The translations under genes were made by a program, and so were the position numbers. The notes beneath the pieces are model-generated. The model was not told the DNA's origin and did no database searches. It was given only the letters and a program-made list of their open reading frames with translations. From Eledone cirrhosa (lineage: Eukaryota), in assembly GCA_964016885.1 (NCBI GenBank), contig OZ024756.1:42284001-42348000 (forward strand): a stretch of 64,000 nt of DNA, in the 5' to 3' direction. Positions 40,901 through 54,396 of the stretch are shown piece after piece. Each line of letters opens with the position of its first letter. Positions within the stretch are counted from its first letter, which is position 1.

Positions 40901-42467
40901 AACATCCAGTCCTAAATAAATGAGGTCGTGTAGGTGTCACAACAAAAAAACATGAAGGAAGTGTGGTAAGGAACCAGATGGACCATAGCGCACCAGAGTA
41001 TATATATATATATATGTCTGTATCTATCTATATATATATGTGTGTATGTATATATATGTGTGTATCTAGGGCAGGTAAAATTCCCGAGACTCATGGACGA
41101 GTTCTCTCCAGCGGTCTCTGTCCCTCATCATCGCTGCCATGTCCTGCGTCTCCAACAGACCAGTGTCTGTCCTTAGGGCATCAACATACGTTAACCTCGG
41201 CCTTCATCTTCTAGTGTGTCAATGTAGGGGCTCCCACAGGAGCACTGAGTGCAATGTTAACTCTGGATGTCCGTGAGCATGTCCAGCTAACCTCAGTCTC
41301 CTCTGTGTGACTTTTGAGCTGACTTTGGGAGGCTCCCATACAGTTCTGAGTTCTTCATCCTCAGTGTATACTGATTAATGTTCAGAGCCATCATCAGTAT
41401 TCTCGTGTAGCACCCATCCACCATCTGTGTATGTGTATATATATGTGTGTGTGTATATATATATATATCATCATCATCATCATCATCATTTTACGTCCTC
41501 TTTTCCCTGCTTACAAGGGTGGGACGGGAACTGATTCTGGCTTGATTTCTACAGCTGGATGCCCTTCCTAACACCAACCTCATTTACAGTGAGTGCTGGG
41601 TGCTTTTTTGCCGTGGCACCTCCACGACCACTTTGCAGTGGAATGATAGGGACTGGGGTCCCTATCATCTCATTTCTACACTGGAACAATGTGAAATAAA
41701 ATGTCTTGCTCAAGGAAACAACACATCACCCGGTGTGAGAATTGAACTCACAACCTTTGGATTGCAAGGCCAATGCTCTAACCACTAAGCCATGTGCCAC
41801 CATATATATATACACATATACACACTGATGTTCAAACATACATAACTTACGACTCCTTATGCAAATTCTGTTTACATTGAATAACTGTAAATAACATTCT
41901 GGGGAAAACCCAGTAAAACCTGAAATTAATTTCTAATTTCAAGAAAAGCTTAAGATTTATTCTGTCTAAATACCTCCTTGTGCTCTCTCTCTCTCTCTCA
42001 CACATAAGAGGATTGACTGATTATGCACTTGAGATTTTTTCCTAATTTCCCCCCCACATTATATCCTCTTTTCACTCTTTACTTTCTATTTATCTTATAT
42101 TTCTATTTCTAACTGGAGGCACATGGTTTAGTGGTTAGAGCAGTGGCCTTGTAATTGAAAGGTTGTGAGTTCAATTCTCAGACCGGGTGATGTGTTGTTT
42201 CCTTGAGCAAGATACTTTATTTCACATTGTTCCAGTTTACTCAGCTGTAAAAATGAGATGATAGGGACTGGGGTCCATATCATTCCACTGCAAAGTGGTC
42301 GTGGAGGTGCCACGGCAAAAAAGCACCCAGCACTCACTGTAAATGAGGTTGGTGTTAGGAAGGGCATCCAGCTGTAGAAATCAAGCCAGAATCAGTTTCC
42401 GTCCCACCTTTTCAAGCAGGGAAAAGCAGATGTAAAATGAAAAAAAAACAAAACAAAAAAAACTTTA

Positions 42468-42503
42468 TCTTCTGATGAAGGATTAGTGTCCGAAACGTTA
42501 AGA
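42468..42503 (+). ncRNA. Minimal hammerhead ribozyme motif (Penelope-type)
   Basis: TCTT-CTGATGA-A-GGA-TTAGTG-TCC-GAAACGTT-AAGA; palindromic ACGT stem III. Confidence 0.75.
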
Positions 42504-42590
42504 CTCTCTTCTTGATATTTCAAGCGTTAAACTAATATATTTCTTCTATGTACTGTGTCGTTTGTTTTGTTATTTCTGTTTACCTTTTAC

Positions 42591-43190
42591 ATCATCATCA
42601 TCGTTTTACGTCCGTTCTTCCACGCTAGCATGGGTTATACAGATTGTCCTGTTGTGGGCAGTGTCCAGTCGGCTGACCTTGTCTTGCTCATATGGGGACT
42701 GATTCTGGCCTAATTTCTACAGCTGGATGCCCTTCCTAACACCAACCTCATTTACAGTGAGTGGTGGGTGTTTTTTTCCGTGGCGCCTACACATCCACTT
42801 TACAGTGTGGGCTGGGTGCTTTTTTGCCGTGGCACCTCCATGACCACTTTGCAGTGGAAGGGTGTGGGGGCATATTGTCTATATGCTTCAGCTTCGGTTT
42901 GTTCCTGTGGGGGGGGGGGGGGATCGGGTCTTCTGTATTACTGCGTGATGCCAGAGGTCACGGTCGTGTGTCATTTCTCTTGAGAGGTGCAATTGAGTAA
43001 GGTCGGCCTTTATCACCTCATCCCAGGTCTTCTTGGGTCTCCCCACTCCGCGGCTTCCATCGACTTTTAGTGCTCTGCACCTTTTTATGCAGCTGTCATC
43101 CTTCATACGCATCACATGTCCATACCAATGTAACCTCCTCTCCTGCACACAGCATTTGATTCCTCTTATGCTCAGTCTCTCTCTCAATTC
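42591..43190 (-). mobile_element. RTE LINE 3' fragment, related subfamily
   Basis: RRLHWYGHVMR..GRPKKTW plus shared 3' UTR. Confidence 0.88.
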
Positions 43191-43695
43191 GTTTATACTT
43201 TTATATATATATTTCGTTTCTGAATTTGTTTAGCAAGATTCTTTATCTGAAAATGTGTGTTGAAACCGATATTGTTATACTTTGGGAGGGTCATGTTGCC
43301 AATAAGAAACACACGCACCAGTTGCTTTCACTTCAATTTATTATAAATATATGAACAATCGTCTGCTTGTGGAACCAACCAACCAACCGGAAATTTATAA
43401 ATTCCTAAATTTATAAATATAATTTATAATAAATTAAAGTGAAAGCAACTGGTGTGTGTGTTTCCCAAAGTATAACAATATATATATATACAAACATCTA
43501 TATATATATATACAAACACATATATATATTTATACACACATATATCTATATCATCATCATGGTTTAATGTCTACCTTCCACACTAGCATGGGTTAGACGG
43601 ATACAGATAAACAAACACAGAGTTCTAAATACTGTAAATACATATAATATTTCTATGTAGTTGTAAAGTATTTTTATTCTTCTGTGTTATTTCAG

Positions 43696-43857
43696 TTAGA
43701 TAAACCTGTAAAAGCCGAAGGAAATGTTGAAATCTGGTTGATGTCTTTAATGAAGATGGCCCAGAAGTCTCTACATGGAATTATCAGGAATGCATCTAAT
43801 GCAATACAGGAAGCAAACTTTAAATTGCTGCATTTTCTCAATACATTTCCTGCACAG
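43696..43857 (+). CDS. DNAH5: Exon 24 (LDKPVKAEGNVEIWL...FPAQ)
   Basis: tttcag acceptor, cag|gtcaat donor. Confidence 0.94.
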
Positions 43858-43907
43858 GTCAATATGTTTGTTTATTGTAATTTTGGTTCCTAATTTAGGC
43901 ACAAGTC

Positions 43908-43991
<84 letters not shown>

Positions 43992-44646
43992 GTATGTATT
44001 TATGTATATATGTATGTGTTACTGGTGCTACTGGTTCTACTGGTAACATGTATCCCAGTACAACCTGTCCCATGGTCGGGTCATTGGCGACTAAACTGGC
44101 AACCCCACCAAGGTTTCTTGGCGAGGAGGGTGACTTTGGACATCCTGCAGGACTAAAAACAAAACCTGTCAAAGGGCAAAGGAGTTCTTAAGAGTCAATG
44201 GCCATCCAAAATCACCGGGAGAGATGACCCCTTAGCCTTTGTCAAGGCAGAATTCTAGGAGAAGCAAAACTCTGATATAACACCTGCAACTCTGATGGTA
44301 TCCAATGATGTTGACTTATTCTTCTTTTTGGTAAATATCATCTTGGTTAAGAGAGTGGGACTGGCTTTGTGCAGTGCCTTTGCTCACTATAAAAGCTTCA
44401 CGGCACAGGCATTGCTTTGTATCTGGAGATCTCTCTGCACTTCCCCTACATGGTTATAAAGTAGTGGCCGTACTCGAAAACGAGTTGGCAGCCACCATAT
44501 ATGTATGTATGTATGTGTGTGTATGCATAAATTTATTCATGCATGCATGTATATACACACACACACGCATGCACGCATGCACACAAACACACACATTCAG
44601 ATATATACAATGATATTAAATTGAATATCCCTTTTGCTTATATGCT

Positions 44647-44677
<31 letters not shown>

Positions 44678-44864
44678 GAAGGAAGTGTGGTAAGGAACCA
44701 GATGGACCATAACGCACCAAAGTACTCAATACTTAGGGTAGTAGAGTGGGTAATAGGAACGAGTAGGACCCCGACGGCTGAGCTCAAGCCATTTCAACGG
44801 CTAATTCTAATCCAGAATTAGCCGTCGAAATGGCTTGAGCTCAGCCGTCGGGGTCCTACTCGTT

Positions 44865-44922
<58 letters not shown>

Positions 44923-45571
44923 AATGGAAGTTTGGTAAAATTGAAGCTTCGGCTGTAGCCAAGCCAACAAGATAGAATGAGGAATTATGGTGCCAAGCAC
45001 TCAATGAGGAATCTCAGAGTAATAACTGTTTCTACTTTAGGCACAAGGCCAGCAATTACCCAGTTCATTACTATTAAACGGCAGGACAAATTGAAAACTG
45101 TGGCAGGCAAGCCCAGCCACGACACCGAAGCTACGAGAAAACCAACAGGTTAATAAAACAAACCTGGACTGTCTATATATATATATAACAAAGGAAGTGT
45201 GGTAAGGAACCAGATGGACCATAATGCACCAGAGTACTCAATACTTAGGGTAGTAGAGTGGGTAATAGGAAAATGTTTAACCCTGATGCCTTAGAATTTG
45301 CTGTATAGAATTCACTTTCAATGCTTGACTGGCTCCACCCACTCCCCCATTGTTCTACAGGCAAGTTCAGCCACCCCACCACCCACCTACCACCATGAAA
45401 GACTTAATTGTGTCTACAAGAAATTTTGACTAATCCTTTTGACAACTACAATCCATATAAGGAATTACCCCTTGAAAAGTCCGGTTATTTATTACCACGA
45501 TAAAAATTCTAATTTAGTCCAGAAATAACCATTGAAACGACTTGAGCTCTGCCACCGGGGTTAAACCTTTT

Positions 45572-45667
<96 letters not shown>

Positions 45668-45854
45668 TATATATATATATATATACACATATATATATAT
45701 ATATATACACATATATATATACACACATATATATATACACACATATATATATATATATATACACACATATATATATATACACACACATATATATATACAC
45801 ACACACATATATATATACACACATATATATATATACACACACACATATATATAT

Positions 45855-45899
<45 letters not shown>

Positions 45900-46047
45900 T
45901 ATATATACACACACATAATAATAATAAGATTATCAAGAATACATATCTCTGCATATATGTATTCTTGATAATATTATTATGTGTGTTTGTGTAAAGCAGA
46001 AATCTCTATGGAATTTTTTTTTTTTTTTTTTTTTTGCTATTCTCAAG

Positions 46048-46278
46048 GTTGGAATACTCGGTATTCAGCTAATATGGACTCGAGATGCAACCCTGGCATT
46101 GACCGATGCTCGTAGTGACCGCAAACGTAAGCCAATGCAGCAAGCAAACCAATTATTTTTGAAACTTCTTAATACTCTCATCACTCAAACAACAGCAGAT
46201 CTGAACAAAATGGAGAGAACCAAGTATGAAACTTTGATCACAATACATGTCCACCAGAGAGATATCTTTGATGAGTTG
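46048..46278 (+). CDS. DNAH5: Exon 25 ([13 protein letters not shown]...[15 protein letters not shown])
   Basis: Poly-T then ctcaag acceptor, ttg|gttagt donor. Confidence 0.93.
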
Positions 46279-46295
46279 GTTAGTAACACCCGCAT

Positions 46296-47098
46296 AACAT
46301 CGACAAACTATACTTGACGTAACATTGACAAACTATTCTTGATGTAACATTGACAAACTATACTTGACGTAACATTGACAAACTATACTTGACGTAACAT
46401 TGACAAACTATACTTGACATAACATTGACAAACTATACTTGACGTAACATTGACAAACTATACTTGATGTAACATTGACAAACTATACTTGACGTAACAT
46501 TGACAAACTATACTTGACGTAACATTGACAAACTATACTTGACGTAACATTGACAAACTATACTTGACGTAACATTGACAAACTATACTTGATGTAACAT
46601 TGACAAACTATACTTGACGTAACATTGACAAACTATACTTGATGTAACATTGACAAACTATACTTGACGTAACATTGACAAACTATACTTGACGTAACAT
46701 TGACAAACTATACTTGATGTAACATTGACAAACTATACTTGACGTAACATTGACAAACTATACTTGACATAACATTGACAAACTATACTTGACGTAACAT
46801 TGACAAATTATACTTGACGTAACATTGACAAACTATACTTGACATAACATTGACAAACTATACTTGATGTAACATTGACAAACTATACTTGACGTAACAT
46901 TGACAAACTATACTTGATGTAACATTGACAAACTATACTTGACGTAACATTGACAAATTATACTTGACGTAACATTGACAAACTATACTTGACGTAACAT
47001 TGACAAACTATTCTTGACGTAACATTGACAAACTATACTTGACGTAACATTGAGAAACTATACTTGACGTAACATTGACTAACAATTCTTGACATAAC
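46296..47098. repeat. 25-bp minisatellite, about 32 units
   Basis: Unit AACATTGACAAACTATACTTGACGT. Confidence 0.97.
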
Positions 47099-47411
47099 AG
47101 TAACAACAATAATAATAATTGTTTCTATATTTGGCACAAGGCCAGCAATTACCCCAGTGCATTACTGGTACTTTATTTTATCAACCCCGTAAGGATGAAA
47201 GGCAAAGTTAACCTCGGCAGGATTTCAACTCAGATCATAAAGGGGTGTAACTCTATGCTGCAAAGCATGGCGTCCAATCCTCTACCGATACTGCCAATCC
47301 ACTGCCCTGAATAATAATAATAACTATGAAAACTGATGTTAAATGATGATAATGATATATACATATAAAATATTCCTATAATACTGTGATGTATTTTATA
47401 TTGTTTTTCAG

Positions 47412-47584
47412 TGCCGCATGAATGTAAAAAGTCCAACAGATTTTGAATGGTTAAAACAGTCACGTTTTTACTTCTTAGAAGACCAAGACAAATGTATTGT
47501 CTCAATAACAAACGTTGTCTTTACTTACCAGAATGAATTTCTTGGCTGTACCGAACGTTTGGTTATAACACCACTAACTGACAG
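47412..47584 (+). CDS. DNAH5: Exon 26 ([16 protein letters not shown]...[10 protein letters not shown])
   Basis: tttcag acceptor, ag|gttaga donor. Confidence 0.95.
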
Positions 47585-47612
47585 GTTAGATAGACTTTCA
47601 GAATTTTTTTAA

Positions 47613-48030
47613 CCCTTTAGCATTTACATTACCCTATATATGCTATTGTATTTTTGTGGTAAAAGCTTTATTTTACATAATTATCTCACATAATATCGAA
47701 TCTATGAGATTTTGATATTATTTATTCTGAGAACAATACCTTAACGTCAGTATGAGCAGCCATTTCATGCTGATTTGAACAGAAAGAGGCGAGAGAGTTC
47801 TGGCCGGATACATCTGGTTTAAATGCTAAAGGGTTAAACCGGCCATATCTGGCCAGAATTCTCTCACTTTTTTCTGTTCAAACTGGCCATAACAGGCCAC
47901 TCATACTGATGTTAAGGTATTTTTCTTAAAATAAATAATATCAGAATCTCATAAGTTCGATATTATGTAAGATAAAGCCTTTACCACAGAAACACAATAG
48001 CATATATAGAGTAATGTAAATGCTAAAGGG
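47613..48030. mobile_element. Inverted dimer of the piggyBac-type MITE
   Basis: Full copy 47613-47833, then an inverted copy to 48030; TTAA at both outer ends. Confidence 0.8.
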
Positions 48031-48279
48031 TTAAAAATCATTTAATTTCAGTCATATGTATCAATATCATATATTATTGATTTCTAATTTGGACACAAAG
48101 AAAGCAATATTTTCTTTTCTACCACAACTCACATAAACCACAATTACACTCCAGTTCCACACAAAATCTATAGTGTTTTCATATTTAATTATCTGTTTAT
48201 TAGTATATATATATATATATATATATATATTCCAATTCCACCCTGCTCGTCCCTTCAATCTATCTTATTTCTCATTCTT

Positions 48280-48315
48280 TCTTCTGATGAAGGACTAGCG
48301 TCTGAAACGTTAAGA
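48280..48315 (+). ncRNA. Minimal hammerhead ribozyme motif, same family as 42468
   Basis: TCTT-CTGATGA-A-GGAC-TAGC-GTCT-GAAACGTT-AAGA; same downstream sequence as the 42468 copy. Confidence 0.72.
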
Positions 48316-48561
48316 CCCTCTTCCTGCTATATCAAGCGTTAACCTAAGATATTCCTTCCATATACTGTACCGATTGTGTTGTTATTTCTGTTTACCTTTT
48401 ACATACATTTTAATCACCTGTTTAGACATTCCCTATGCTCTGATGATTCCAGACTTCCCTCTAGAAGAAACAATTGTCAGCAAATAAATGTATTAAACTA
48501 AGATTTGATTGTTTTAAAACTTTGTATGTATATATATATATATATATATTTTAATTAATAA

Positions 48562-48765
<204 letters not shown>

Positions 48766-49562
48766 TAAGCCTTGTCAACACTGTAGATATAGTTAATGAG
48801 AAAAACACAAACAAAACAAACATATTTTATTTGAACTTATTGTAATATATTGAGAAACTGGTCAACCTCTGAGGGAAGTTGTTCATCACCAGCACCACCA
48901 TCATCATCATTGTCATCATCATCACCACCACCACCACCACCTCCAACGTTATCATAATCACCATCACCACCACCATCACCACCACCATCACCACCACCAT
49001 CACCACCACCATCACTATTATCATCACCATCATCATGTATTCATTTTGGTGAAAAAAAAACAAACAAACAACATAAATAGCATCATCTCATCTGTATTGT
49101 AGATTAGTAATATATCTGGTGAAATAAAGTGTCTTTCTCAAGGACAAAACACATTGCCCAGTCTGGGAATCAAACTCACAACCTCATGATTGTGAATCCA
49201 ATTCTCCACCCACTGAACCACACACCTTCTTTGGTTTAAAGAAGTTGACAAACCGTACTAATCACATAAATATATACACATATACATACATAAGTACACA
49301 CACATATATATATATATATACACACCACACACACACATCTCAGTGAGGTTGACAATGAATGTCTTACATTTAAATATTAATATTTATTTTATGATACTAA
49401 ATAAACGACCCCCTCTCCATGTCACCCTGTGACCCCCCCCCCCCCCCCGACCTACTTTTCTGGGTGTCATGGTAACTTCCATAAATAAACAGCTTGCTAA
49501 GATTAATTTAACATTAAATTGTATATATATATATGTGAGAAAAACCACTCATCTCAACTCTA

Positions 49563-49598
49563 CTTTTGAAAAGCAGAAGAACTGCGAAACCGGTAAAG
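49563..49598 (+). ncRNA. Minimal hammerhead motif, U3-A8 core variant
   Basis: CTT-TTGAAAA-GCAG-AAGAA-CTGC-GAAA-CCGG-TA-AAG. Confidence 0.68.
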
Positions 49599-49807
49599 GA
49601 ACCAAATAAATATATATATTTAAAAAAAAAATAAGACTTCAGTTGCATTTTCGATTTCATCTTCTTTCCTTGTACTTTCACTCGTGTAGGACACCTCGGT
49701 TTTTTTCATTTTGTAAAAAAACCTCACTTTCTAATATATATATATATATATATATAAAATAAAATAAAATAAATAAGTCAAATGTTTAAAATTTGGCTTC
49801 ATTTATT

Positions 49808-49862
49808 ACTGCTATATATATTTCGGTGACAGCCATCTTTGGCTGTGACCTCTTCAGGCAGT
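49808..49862 (-). ncRNA. Type I hammerhead ribozyme motif, canonical core
   Basis: Reverse complement: ACTGC-CTGAAGA-GGTCACAGCCA-AAGA-TGGCTGTCACC-GAAA-TATATA-TA-GCAGT, then AATAAA. Confidence 0.85.
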
Positions 49863-50429
49863 CCGAATTATTGTGGTAGAGATGAGTACACATGTTATTG
49901 AGGTGTTTAACTTTGTCAATACTCTGATATGCCCAGTTCCTGGTTGGGTTGTTATTTCACTGAGGAACTGGAATCATATGAATTTAAACAAATGAATTTC
50001 AGCATTTATTTTATTTTATTTTAAATTACTCTGGAGTAACCAAACCAACCTGCGCACTTCGTCGAGTGTTCCAATCTGCATACTGAGGTGTTGGTATACA
50101 ATTAACATATACTCAACATTTATATATATATATATATTTAATATAGAAAGGCTTCTACAGGACTAGAACTGTTTCATAGAAATCATCAGGAAGCAACTGC
50201 CCAAGTAATATGGTCGTATTTATATCTTTTCTGGTGGTAGGAGAGGGTGGTGATTGGGATGAGTGGAGGTCATTGGTTGATGAACTATATTTACAATAAC
50301 AAAGGCAGAAAGAATTCTATAGACAGGTTCAGTCTGGGGTGCCACTCCTGATTTTTTCGGTTCACTTAAGCTAACAATGGATTTGGTCAGGTGTCTACAA
50401 GCACATTCACACACACATATATAAAGCTC

Positions 50430-50838
50430 TCACTCCCACACATTCGCAAAAACACACACTCTTTAATAATTTTGTGGGTGTCTACGAAGTCAGTTGCCAG
50501 ACATTGGAGCTTTAATATATCCATGCCCAGGAAAGCAAGGCGTTCAGAGTATGGTAGATGCCTGATGGAAGGTATTCACTTAGTTGCACATCTCTGAACA
50601 GTTTCCAGGAGGTCAATATTGTTAGCAAGATATGGCTTCCAGACTGGTGATGCAAATTCTAAGTGCGGCTGCACCATAGCTATATACAGCTTTAAATAGA
50701 TAGCTGGAGGGCGGCTGACAAAGGTTTTGCTGAGTGATGCTAAGACACCCTCAGCATTTTTGACAATTTTAGAGATGTGCTTTGTCCAACGCAATTCCAA
50801 ATCACTGTTGACAATAATGCCCAGGTTGCGTTCACAAG
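50430..50838 (-). mobile_element. CR1-like LINE RT C-terminal relic
   Basis: ERNLGIIV..W.KHI..LYIAMVQPHLEFASPVW.PY...IDLLETVQRCATK. Confidence 0.82.
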
Positions 50839-50883
50839 AAAACCTCTTGAGATTAGTGTATGTGAACGGTGGGTTTTCCCTCA

Positions 50884-50931
<48 letters not shown>

Positions 50932-51006
50932 TATATATATATATATATTATATTGAGGGAAAACCCACCGTTCACATACACTAATCTCAAGAGGTCTTCT
51001 TGTGGC

Positions 51007-51063
<57 letters not shown>

Positions 51064-51424
51064 TTATACCATATGTTTTCTGTTTACATATAGAAAGAGA
51101 TATTAATCACTTGTGTCAAAGTATGGAATGTATATCCCTCCCCCACACCCCTAGTGCGTGCCTTATCACTTTCACTTAACAAATATTTGGGTACACTGGT
51201 GTTGGTGGTGGTTGTGGTGGTGGTGCTAGTGGTATAAGTGGTGGTTGTGGTGGTGGTGGTGGTAGAGGTGGTGTTGGTAGTGGTGGTGGTGCTAGTGGTG
51301 GTGGTGGTGGTGTTGGTAGTGGTGGTGGTCGTGTTGGTGGTGGTGGTGTTGGTGGAATAAGTGGTAATGGTTGTAGTGTTGTTGGTGGTGTTGTTGTTGT
51401 TGTTGGTGGTAGTGGTGGTGGTGG

Positions 51425-52712
51425 TGTGTATGGAGGATGACAACTGTATAAAAAGATGCAGGGCAGTCAAAGTCAACAAAAACTAGGAAAGCTTGGGATG
51501 AAATAATAAAACCTGACCTTACCCAATCAAAGGAGATGACATGGGACTGAGATCTCTGATACAATGCTGTAGATCAGGGGTTCGCAACCTTTTTTTCGCT
51601 GTGGACCACCAAAATAAGTAATTTTTTCCTGTGGACCACCTAAACTTTTAAATCTTTTGTAATAGAACTGCTACTTATAAGCATCAGTAGATGGTTTTTT
51701 TTCAATGAATTAGAAAATGCTATTATCATGTCGCAGTGCCTAAAAATCTACGCAAATAAACAGCTGAAGTCGTACTTATGCGAAGAATAAGAACAGCGCT
51801 TTAAGTCAAATGCATGTCAGAAAATTTTCTGTGGACCACCTGAATTTTCCTGTGGACCACTAGTGGTCCACATGGATCAGGTTGAGAACCCCTGCTGTAG
51901 ATGACCTGTCCCCCCTAGTTGCACAGGGTGAAACAAACATGTAGTAGACACTAGTCTGCACCAATTTTCTGCTCTTTACCCTCCCAAAATCTTAATACCT
52001 CCTATACCTCATCTCCCCTCACCAGCTAAATAACTCACGCCCCTCATCCATGCTAAACCTGCATATTGGTTCCTCACTCCTAACCCACATTCCTTGCTTC
52101 TTATACACCTCTCTTGCCAAATACCCCCCCCCCCCCACACACACACAAAGTCCACCCCCATGTGGAGATCTGGGGCTACAACAACAAAGTACCCAGTCCA
52201 CCCTGTAAAGTGGTCATGCTAGTCACACAAAAGAGCAGTCAGTCCACCCTGTAAGGTGGTCATGCTAGTCACACCAAAAAGCACCCAGTCCACCCTGTAA
52301 GGTGGTCATGCTAGTCACACCAAAAAGCACCCAGTTCACTCTGTAAGGTGGTCATGCTAGTCACACCAAAAAGCACCCAGTCCACTCTGTAAGGTGGTCA
52401 TGCTAGTCACACCAAAAAGCACCCAGTCCACCCTGTAAGGTGGTCATGCTAGTCACACCAAAAAGCACCCAGTCCACCCTGTAAGGTGGTTGTGTTGGTG
52501 ACATGAAAAAGAACATAGCCCACCCTGTTTGATGGTTGTTTTGGTGCCACAATAAAAAGCAGTCCACACTTTAATGTGGTTGGAGTGGAAGGATCCAAAC
52601 CAAAATACAGATCTGGATTAACAAGACATGGTCACCTGACCTGAATTGTCTCATCATGTGACAACCTGTTTAATCAATGCAAGCTTAAAAAAATAGGCAT
52701 TAAATGATGATG

Positions 52713-52715
<3 letters not shown>
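51425..52715 (+). mobile_element. Degraded RTE 3' end, interrupted by a hAT MITE, with tandemly expanded 3' UTR unit
   Basis: Similar to the RTE C-terminus and 3' UTR; ~47-bp units at 52190-52490; (GAT)n end. Confidence 0.6.
51575..51894. mobile_element. hAT-type MITE with 8-bp target-site duplication
   Basis: TIR CAGGGGTTC..GAACCCCTG; CTGTAGAT on both sides; subterminal GTGGACCAC repeats. Confidence 0.9.
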
Positions 52716-52749
<34 letters not shown>

Positions 52750-53019
52750 TCATTTAATGGCGTAGACATACAATACAACAGGAGGAAACATAATAGTACC
52801 ATGATGATGTTGCAGATGTGCAACGAAAGAACTTTGATAGACTATATATATATATTTATATCTGTATTTTTAACCGTTGCTCAATCAATGATAAACATTG
52901 ATTGCCAAATAAATTAACTATGGAGATATAAAAGATACAGAAGCGAAAACCAACCAAACAGTGAGTGTGTTCTGTTATTATTTCTGGCAATATTACAACA
53001 GTATGACCCTCCCCAAGTA

Positions 53020-53103
<84 letters not shown>

Positions 53104-54396
53104 AGGAGACAAAAAAAGGATAAGGAAATCATGCTGATGATGATGATGTAGCCCAATATTTTGTCCAATGCTCTCATGACCCTACAATTCTATCTACATA
53201 ATAATAATTGTTTCTATTTTTGGCACAAGGCCAGCAATTATCTCAGTACATTACTGGTACTTTATTTTATCAACCCCGTACGGATGGAAGGCAAAGTTAA
53301 CCTCGGCGGGATTTTAACTCATACTGTAAAGGGCCATAACTCTATAACTCTATAACAGTTACAATAATGTTTCATTAATTAACTGTTGTGAAATAGATAT
53401 GGCAGATGACAGAGGCAATCCTAGGAACAATTAACAAATTCAGCTTAATTAAAAACACAAAATAAAGCAACAGCACCCACTCTTTCTAGAACACATTTCC
53501 ATTTGATAACATATAACTTATTGTTTCTGCAGTATCCGCTTATTTAGAATACCTACTCTGTATCCCTGTGTGTGTCCAGCTATTTAGAATAGGGACCCTG
53601 TATCCCTGTGTGTGTCCAGCTATTTAGAATAGGGACCCTGTATCCCTGAGCATTTTAACACATTATGGGCATGTGGTTAGAATGTCTCAGGAAAAATTGC
53701 TGGACAGATTTTATGAGCAAAACCAACCTGCAGGAGACCCAGAGGTAGACCCTGAGCAAGATGGTTGGATAACATCCATGAGCTTGGCTAGTCTCACTTG
53801 AGGATCCAGTTGGATCACTTGGAGACAGTTGCTTCTGACAGGACCCACTGGAGGGAGTGTGGAGACAGTTGCTTCTGACAGGACCCACTGGAGGGAGTGT
53901 GGAGACAGTTGCTTCTGACAGGACCCACTGGAGGGAGTGTTTGAGGACTCTGCCCCTACCTCCAACCCTCTCAGGAATATGTAGGCGAAGGAAAAAAGAA
54001 GAAAAGAAGAATTTTGTATAAAAGAGCCATGGGGTAGTTTTAGGTAGGTTGATAACAAAAGAATCAACAATGTTACTAGTTTTGACCTGAATATTCTGGC
54101 TCAAGCACTAAAAATTTAACTCTGCCAGTTTTTTTTTTAAACAGGAAACAACAGCTTAGCAAAATTTTGAGATGGCCACTTCAGTATTTTCATGTTTACA
54201 AGAAAATGAAAATCACAATGTAATTTTCTAAACACAATATATTTTCAAGAGTGTGGTGTGATAATGATGATGGAATTTCCTAAAATGGTTGCAGTAAACA
54301 ATGTATCTGTTTTCCATGCTCAAATAGGAGAAGTAGCTTATTTATAGTTTGTTATAGCTTTGTGTTTTATTTATGTCATACGTATATGAGTAGAAA

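Noticed and set aside
44020-44500. Possible LINE 5' UTR with an HDV-like ribozyme
   Set aside because: I could not establish the nested pseudoknot by eye.
50151-50194. Minus-strand hammerhead as a full feature
   Set aside because: Core strings present but stem II is absent and stem I is offset by 5 nt; kept only as degenerate.
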